DNA of 10,375 bases from Chlamydiia bacterium (GTDB taxonomy: Bacteria; Chlamydiota; Chlamydiia; Chlamydiales; JBMOFD01). The translations under genes were made by a program, and so were the position numbers. Of this stretch, positions 6,783 through 10,375 are shown piece after piece. The notes beneath the pieces are model-generated. The model did no database searches, was not told where the DNA came from, and was given only the letters and a program-made list of their open reading frames with translations. The DNA is taken from contig JBMOFD010000066.1 in NCBI GenBank assembly GCA_049314435.1, forward strand, positions 1 through 10,375, written 5' to 3'. Position 1 is the first letter of the stretch, and each line of letters starts with the position of its first letter.

Positions 6783-7280
6783 CTAGTGGGCGTGTTCAGT
6801 GCCTGTGGGGGCCGCGGGGATACTCTTCGTAGCAGCCTCTGCATCCAGCCGGGAGCGCATTGCGGTGTACTGTGATTCGAACTGGTGAAGGGCCTCATGC
6901 AGGTCCTCTGCGACTTGGGGGTTCACCTGTTGCTTGACCTGCATCGCGAGGACGAGCAGCCGATGGGCTGTTGCCACAATGGCGGCTTGGTCAGGACCTG
7001 GCGGGATTCTCTGCTGCAGGAAGTAGGTGGAGACCAGCTCGGCGAAATGGTCCGCCTGCATGTCCCGATTGATGATCCATCGTGTGGTCTGACTGAACGT
7101 CTGAGGATTGTGGCAGACCTTTTCAAGAACAATGATCTGATCGATAGCCTTCGCCATGGTTTGCCACTGCTCTCCCATCTGAGCTAGCACGAGGTCATCA
7201 TGGTAGATCCCGCACGGGATCTGGCAATGACTCCAAGCCAAAGAACTACAAAGCAAGCCTAAGGTCAGTAAATAGCGCAT
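6783..7280 (-). CDS. sodN: Nickel superoxide dismutase with Sec-type signal peptide
   Basis: RBS GGAGGAAACC-ATG at 7280. A 17-aa hydrophobic leader is directly followed by the Ni-hook HCQIPCGIY (HCxxPCGxY), then helical-bundle-like sequence including QTTRWI and YFLQQRI. Confidence 0.93.
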   Translation of the reverse strand: MRYLLTLGLLCSSLAWSHCQIPCGIYHDDLVLAQMGEQWQTMAKAIDQIIVLEKVCHNPQTFSQTTRWIINRDMQADHFAELVSTYFLQQRIPPGPDQAAIVATAHRLLVLAMQVKQQVNPQVAEDLHEALHQFESQYTAMRSRLDAEAATKSIPAAPTGTEHAH

Positions 7281-7305
7281 GGTTTCCTCCGCGGGATGCT
7301 CGGCA

Positions 7306-7335
7306 ACCATAGCGAATTCTAGATCGCGGTGGCAA
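7306..7335 (-). promoter_or_regulatory. Putative sigma70-type promoter of sodN
   Basis: TTGCCA-N18-TATGGT on the minus strand, 25 nt upstream of ATG 7280. Confidence 0.35.
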
Positions 7336-7361
7336 GCGGCAGCCGGCCGCCCAGGGACTTC

Positions 7362-8363
7362 CTAGGCCACGTGTCGGCGTTTGGAGACTGGGAGGATCAT
7401 CTGGTCCACCTGGAAGCGTCCTGTGGTCTCAGCGCCCTGATAGAGGCCTTTCGAGAGAGCCTCCCTTGAGGAAGCTGAAAGATTGCCCAGCGACCCAGAG
7501 ACCCCGATATCGGAAGGCTCAGCATGGCTGAAGAAGATCGCCATGTGCAGCTCTTCTTGGCTTCGATTCCTGATGGAGTGGGGATACCCCCTGGGGAGGA
7601 ACGAAGCCATGCCAGGAGTGAGGTCGAAGATCTCCTGCTGGCCATTGGGTTGCTGGAGGACGATCTCTGCGTGTCCCGACAGGACGACGTTCAGCTCGTG
7701 GGCATTGGGATGCCAGTGTGGCTCTCGTAAGGCGTCAGGCATGAGTCCCAAATCAAAGAGTCCCAGTCCTTCCAGCTGAGGCAGTGAGCTTGAGGTACAG
7801 AGCCTCGCCCAGCCGCCAGCCGTGCGGATTGCTGGCAAGAGGGAGTGGAGAGCCAGACAGTAGGAGCCTCCCTCGGGATAACTCTCAGCGATTTTCTGCT
7901 GCCAAAAGGGATCGGCATTCCAATGAGCAGGGGTGTTCTCTCCCCAGATGATTCCCAACTGTTCCTGTGGAAGAGTCTCCAGGACAGCGCCCAAAGTGAA
8001 GTCTTCCACATGTTCGCTGTTGAAGGCGACCAAGAGATCTGCCTGTTCGCTTGAAACGTTCGATATGGAATGCAAGGACCCCATGGGAAAGAAGGCCACA
8101 TCGCCAGCATGAAGTGTGAAATGAGAGGCGCGATTCGGAGACACAAAGAGGTCCACCACCACCTGGCCTTTGACGCAGTAGGCAAGCTCATGAGCGTTGG
8201 GATGCCAGTGGGGAACGCGTGTCCCTCCAGGTGCAAGAGTGACCTGGGCCAGAGACATCCCCTGCAGGGCAGGCCATTCCTGCTTACCGATGAGAGTCCG
8301 CTGACCGCCTTCGGCTGAGAGCTGTGGTGAAAGAGTCCTGAGGTTGAAGCGATTCGGGATCAT
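7362..8363 (-). CDS. Bicupin, oxalate decarboxylase/oxidase-like (two intact metal sites)
   Basis: Domain 1 has RVPHWHPNAHE...GDVAFFPMGSLHSI and domain 2 has REPHWHPNAHE...FLPRGYPHSI, the His-His-Glu-His ligand pattern of OxdC-family bicupins. Start placed at ATG 8363 after AGAGG. Confidence 0.85.
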   Translation of the reverse strand: MIPNRFNLRTLSPQLSAEGGQRTLIGKQEWPALQGMSLAQVTLAPGGTRVPHWHPNAHELAYCVKGQVVVDLFVSPNRASHFTLHAGDVAFFPMGSLHSISNVSSEQADLLVAFNSEHVEDFTLGAVLETLPQEQLGIIWGENTPAHWNADPFWQQKIAESYPEGGSYCLALHSLLPAIRTAGGWARLCTSSSLPQLEGLGLFDLGLMPDALREPHWHPNAHELNVVLSGHAEIVLQQPNGQQEIFDLTPGMASFLPRGYPHSIRNRSQEELHMAIFFSHAEPSDIGVSGSLGNLSASSREALSKGLYQGAETTGRFQVDQMILPVSKRRHVA

Positions 8364-8470
8364 AGAGGCCTCTAAGTGAGAGTCCCTTTTCCCCACTCCG
8401 TCGGCTTAAATCAACTGTCCCCTGATGGCGGTCTATCTCACTCGAACGTAAAGGTGTACGCCTCCAGACC

Positions 8471-8664
8471 TGCGTCCGTCCTCAGCCGGGTGCTACTGTC
8501 TCCCCACGCCCATGGAATGGAAAGAGGTTAAGGCTGGACTGGATCCCAAGGCCTCTACCATCCATACAGTGCCAGCACCCTGTACAGTGCCAGCACCCTG
8601 TAGCAGGTTAGGAGATCTCTTTCTCCCTGTGATTCATCCCACGGACAAGAGCGACTCCTCCTAG
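8471..8664 (+). pseudogene. ligD: Remnant of the LigD polymerase (primase-polymerase) domain C-terminus
   Basis: Reads VRPQPGATVS (frame 8471), then a frameshift in the C4 run at 8502-8505, then TPMEWKEVKAGLDPKASTIHTVPA...RLGDLFLPV (frame 8506, TAG 8662-8664). This matches the LigD-Pol pattern YSvRpxPgApVStPlxWxEl...ldPxxfTixtvpxRl...gDl. Confidence 0.75.
8565..8602 (+). repeat. Perfect 18-bp tandem duplication
   Basis: TACAGTGCCAGCACCCTG at 8565-8582 and 8583-8600, followed by TA. Confidence 0.95.
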
Positions 8665-8767
8665 CCGTGCCTGGGTTTTTGTTTACATGTTCTTGAAACA
8701 ATCTTCTTGCGTCATATCCCATCGCTCGTTGTAGCCTGTCGGAGCAACAGGCGGATCGAGGTCCTCT

Positions 8768-10375
8768 ATGTGGCGCGTCCGAGCAGTTCTCTGCTCTCTT
8801 ATTGTGCTGGCAAGCACACCTCTTCGCTGCGAAGAGGAATCCTCCCTTTGTGAAACAGACCCAAGCCTTGTTTTGGAGGGAGTCTCCCTTCTTACAGGTC
8901 GACCTATCGTAGACCGGGTGGACCTGGTGCTCCCCGGTGTCGATGGAGTGGCGTTCAGAAGATATTTCGAGTGCAGCCCCGGTACATTCAGGGGCGGATG
9001 GGATCCTCTGCCACAGTCCGCCCTATGGGTCCACGAGGGAGCGTATGGCGCTTCAGTCTCTTGTGTGGATAGTGTAGGACGCCCCGTCTACTTCAACATC
9101 GTGCGGAAAAGGGGCCAGCCGGAGGAGTACGTGCCCAGCATTCCCAAGGGCTCCAGTAATGGTGGCGGCAGCTTCTCTGCAAGGCAGAATCCGCAGCTCC
9201 ATCGCCTGCGTAGATTGCCATTCAGTGAAGAACTGGGCACCGGCGCGGAACTGACCTTGGCAGATGGCACGGTCCGCGAGTATCGACGTACGAGGTTGGC
9301 CTGTCGCTTGGAAGCAAGCTCGGACCAATGCCTCGGTGGCAGCGGGCACCTATACCACCTGATCAAGGAAGTGCGACCCACGGGCAATACCATGGTCTGT
9401 TCCTATGGAGACCAGGGACTTTCCAGTGTTGCCACTTACTCCAGCAATGGAGAGAAGATCACTGAGGCTACCGTCAAAAGGAGCGCCTTTCGAGGGCCTT
9501 CAAGCCCTTGGAAGGGAGAACCATGCTTCTCCTCCTTCAAGCCTATGAAGGACATGAGCACATCAGCTAACTATTCGCTCCTGGTGAATTTAGAGGACGG
9601 TCGTAGTCTACGTTATGGGATGGGGGCCTATGCTGCCCCTGTAAAGGGAAGAACGCCCTATTGGTTTCTGCCAGTTTTGATCGATGGCTTTGGTCGTAGC
9701 CCCGAGGTGATTCAGTACCGCTTTGACGAGCGTAAGGTCGGAGACAAGGCGGAGCTGATGCGGGTGCCCACAGGTATTGTGGGATACTCTCACGCTGATG
9801 GTTCCTTTCGACGTTACAGGTTCAATGATCGTCAGCAGGTCACCGACATTGTGGCTCCCAATGAGAAGGGGGAGGAAGAGGTGCTCTTCTCGCTGGAGTA
9901 CAACTACTCGGCCCAAGGTAGCCTGAGTTCAGTCTGCATACGCGACTGCCATGACTCTCGACGCATCGTGCACTTCCGCCGCAACCGGTTGCCCGAGTCA
10001 GTGGAGTTCTATGATCGTCAGCAGCGTCTAGGAAAGCAGGAGTGGTACTGGTCAGACGACGAGTCCGCTCGACTGATCGCCAAAGTCATCTGGGATGACT
10101 CCCAAGGCAGCGAACAGCTGCTCCGTGCGGAGGAGTATCAGTATGACGACTTGGGTAACGTCATCCTCAAACGGATCCATGGGCCCTATAGTGGCCAAGC
10201 CGTGCAGTGGAATACACGAGCCACCTTCCCTACATGCTCTGAGTTCATTGAGACCCGCTATCAGTATAACGAGCGGCATTTGCTGATCCGCCAGGATGAG
10301 CCGGAAGGGCGCTTCCAGAGCTTCCAGTGGGATCCCACTCGTGCCCTCTGTACGGCCCAGCTCACAGGGGTGGAC
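8768..10375 (+). CDS. Rhs/YD-repeat protein with signal peptide and DUF6531-like N-terminus (3' partial)
   Basis: Manual translation gives 536 codons with no stop from ATG 8768 (RBS GAGGT). It has the leader MWRVRAVLCSLIVLASTPLRC, the DUF6531-like segment VSLLTGRPIVDRVDLVLPGVDGVAFRRYF, and YD repeats (YRFNDRQQV, YQYDDLGNV, YQYNERHLLIRQDEPEG). Confidence 0.9.
   Translation, partial: MWRVRAVLCSLIVLASTPLRCEEESSLCETDPSLVLEGVSLLTGRPIVDRVDLVLPGVDGVAFRRYFECSPGTFRGGWDPLPQSALWVHEGAYGASVSCVDSVGRPVYFNIVRKRGQPEEYVPSIPKGSSNGGGSFSARQNPQLHRLRRLPFSEELGTGAELTLADGTVREYRRTRLACRLEASSDQCLGGSGHLYHLIKEVRPTGNTMVCSYGDQGLSSVATYSSNGEKITEATVKRSAFRGPSSPWKGEPCFSSFKPMKDMSTSANYSLLVNLEDGRSLRYGMGAYAAPVKGRTPYWFLPVLIDGFGRSPEVIQYRFDERKVGDKAELMRVPTGIVGYSHADGSFRRYRFNDRQQVTDIVAPNEKGEEEVLFSLEYNYSAQGSLSSVCIRDCHDSRRIVHFRRNRLPESVEFYDRQQRLGKQEWYWSDDESARLIAKVIWDDSQGSEQLLRAEEYQYDDLGNVILKRIHGPYSGQAVQWNTRATFPTCSEFIETRYQYNERHLLIRQDEPEGRFQSFQWDPTRALCTAQLTGVD

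Noticed and set aside
7281..7310. Upstream ATG 7310 for sodN
   Set aside because: It lacks an RBS and overlaps the putative -10. GGAGG precedes ATG 7280, which gives a clean signal peptide.
7397..8318. Alternative-frame and antisense ORFs within the bicupin gene (including 181 aa at 7691-8236)
   Set aside because: They overlap a gene with clear motifs and have no independent features.
8565..8602. 18-bp tandem repeat as an IS target-site duplication or CRISPR remnant
   Set aside because: No transposase, terminal inverted repeats or spacer. Simple slippage in a decaying pseudogene (or an assembly artefact) is sufficient.
9053..10286. Short ORFs listed in the last 1.3 kb
   Set aside because: All lie within the uninterrupted Rhs frame starting at 8768.

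Overview
Bacterial window of moderately high GC. The gene content (signal-peptide-bearing Rhs protein, CaaX-ended small ORF, C-terminal beta-signal fragment) suggests a eukaryote-associated organism, possibly an environmental chlamydia/PVC member; this is inference only. On the + strand it opens with the probable 3' tail of an outer-membrane protein, a membrane protein of unknown function, and a tandem pair of paralogous Gly/His-rich exported proteins. The first of the pair is split by a frameshift next to a G9 tract. A minus-strand run then encodes an oxalate-decarboxylase-like bicupin, a signal-peptide-type nickel superoxide dismutase (sodN), a stand-alone DUF2156/MprF-synthase-like protein, a secreted GH3 NagZ-type hexosaminidase and a Uup-like ABC-F ATPase. 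This run is interrupted by a small + strand ORF ending in a CaaX box (CTIL). Two elements are missing from the supplied ORF track: a decayed LigD polymerase-domain remnant (~8471-8664) carrying an 18-bp tandem duplication, and a large Rhs/YD-repeat gene starting at 8768 and running off the window end. I saw no RNA genes, CRISPR arrays or intact mobile elements.
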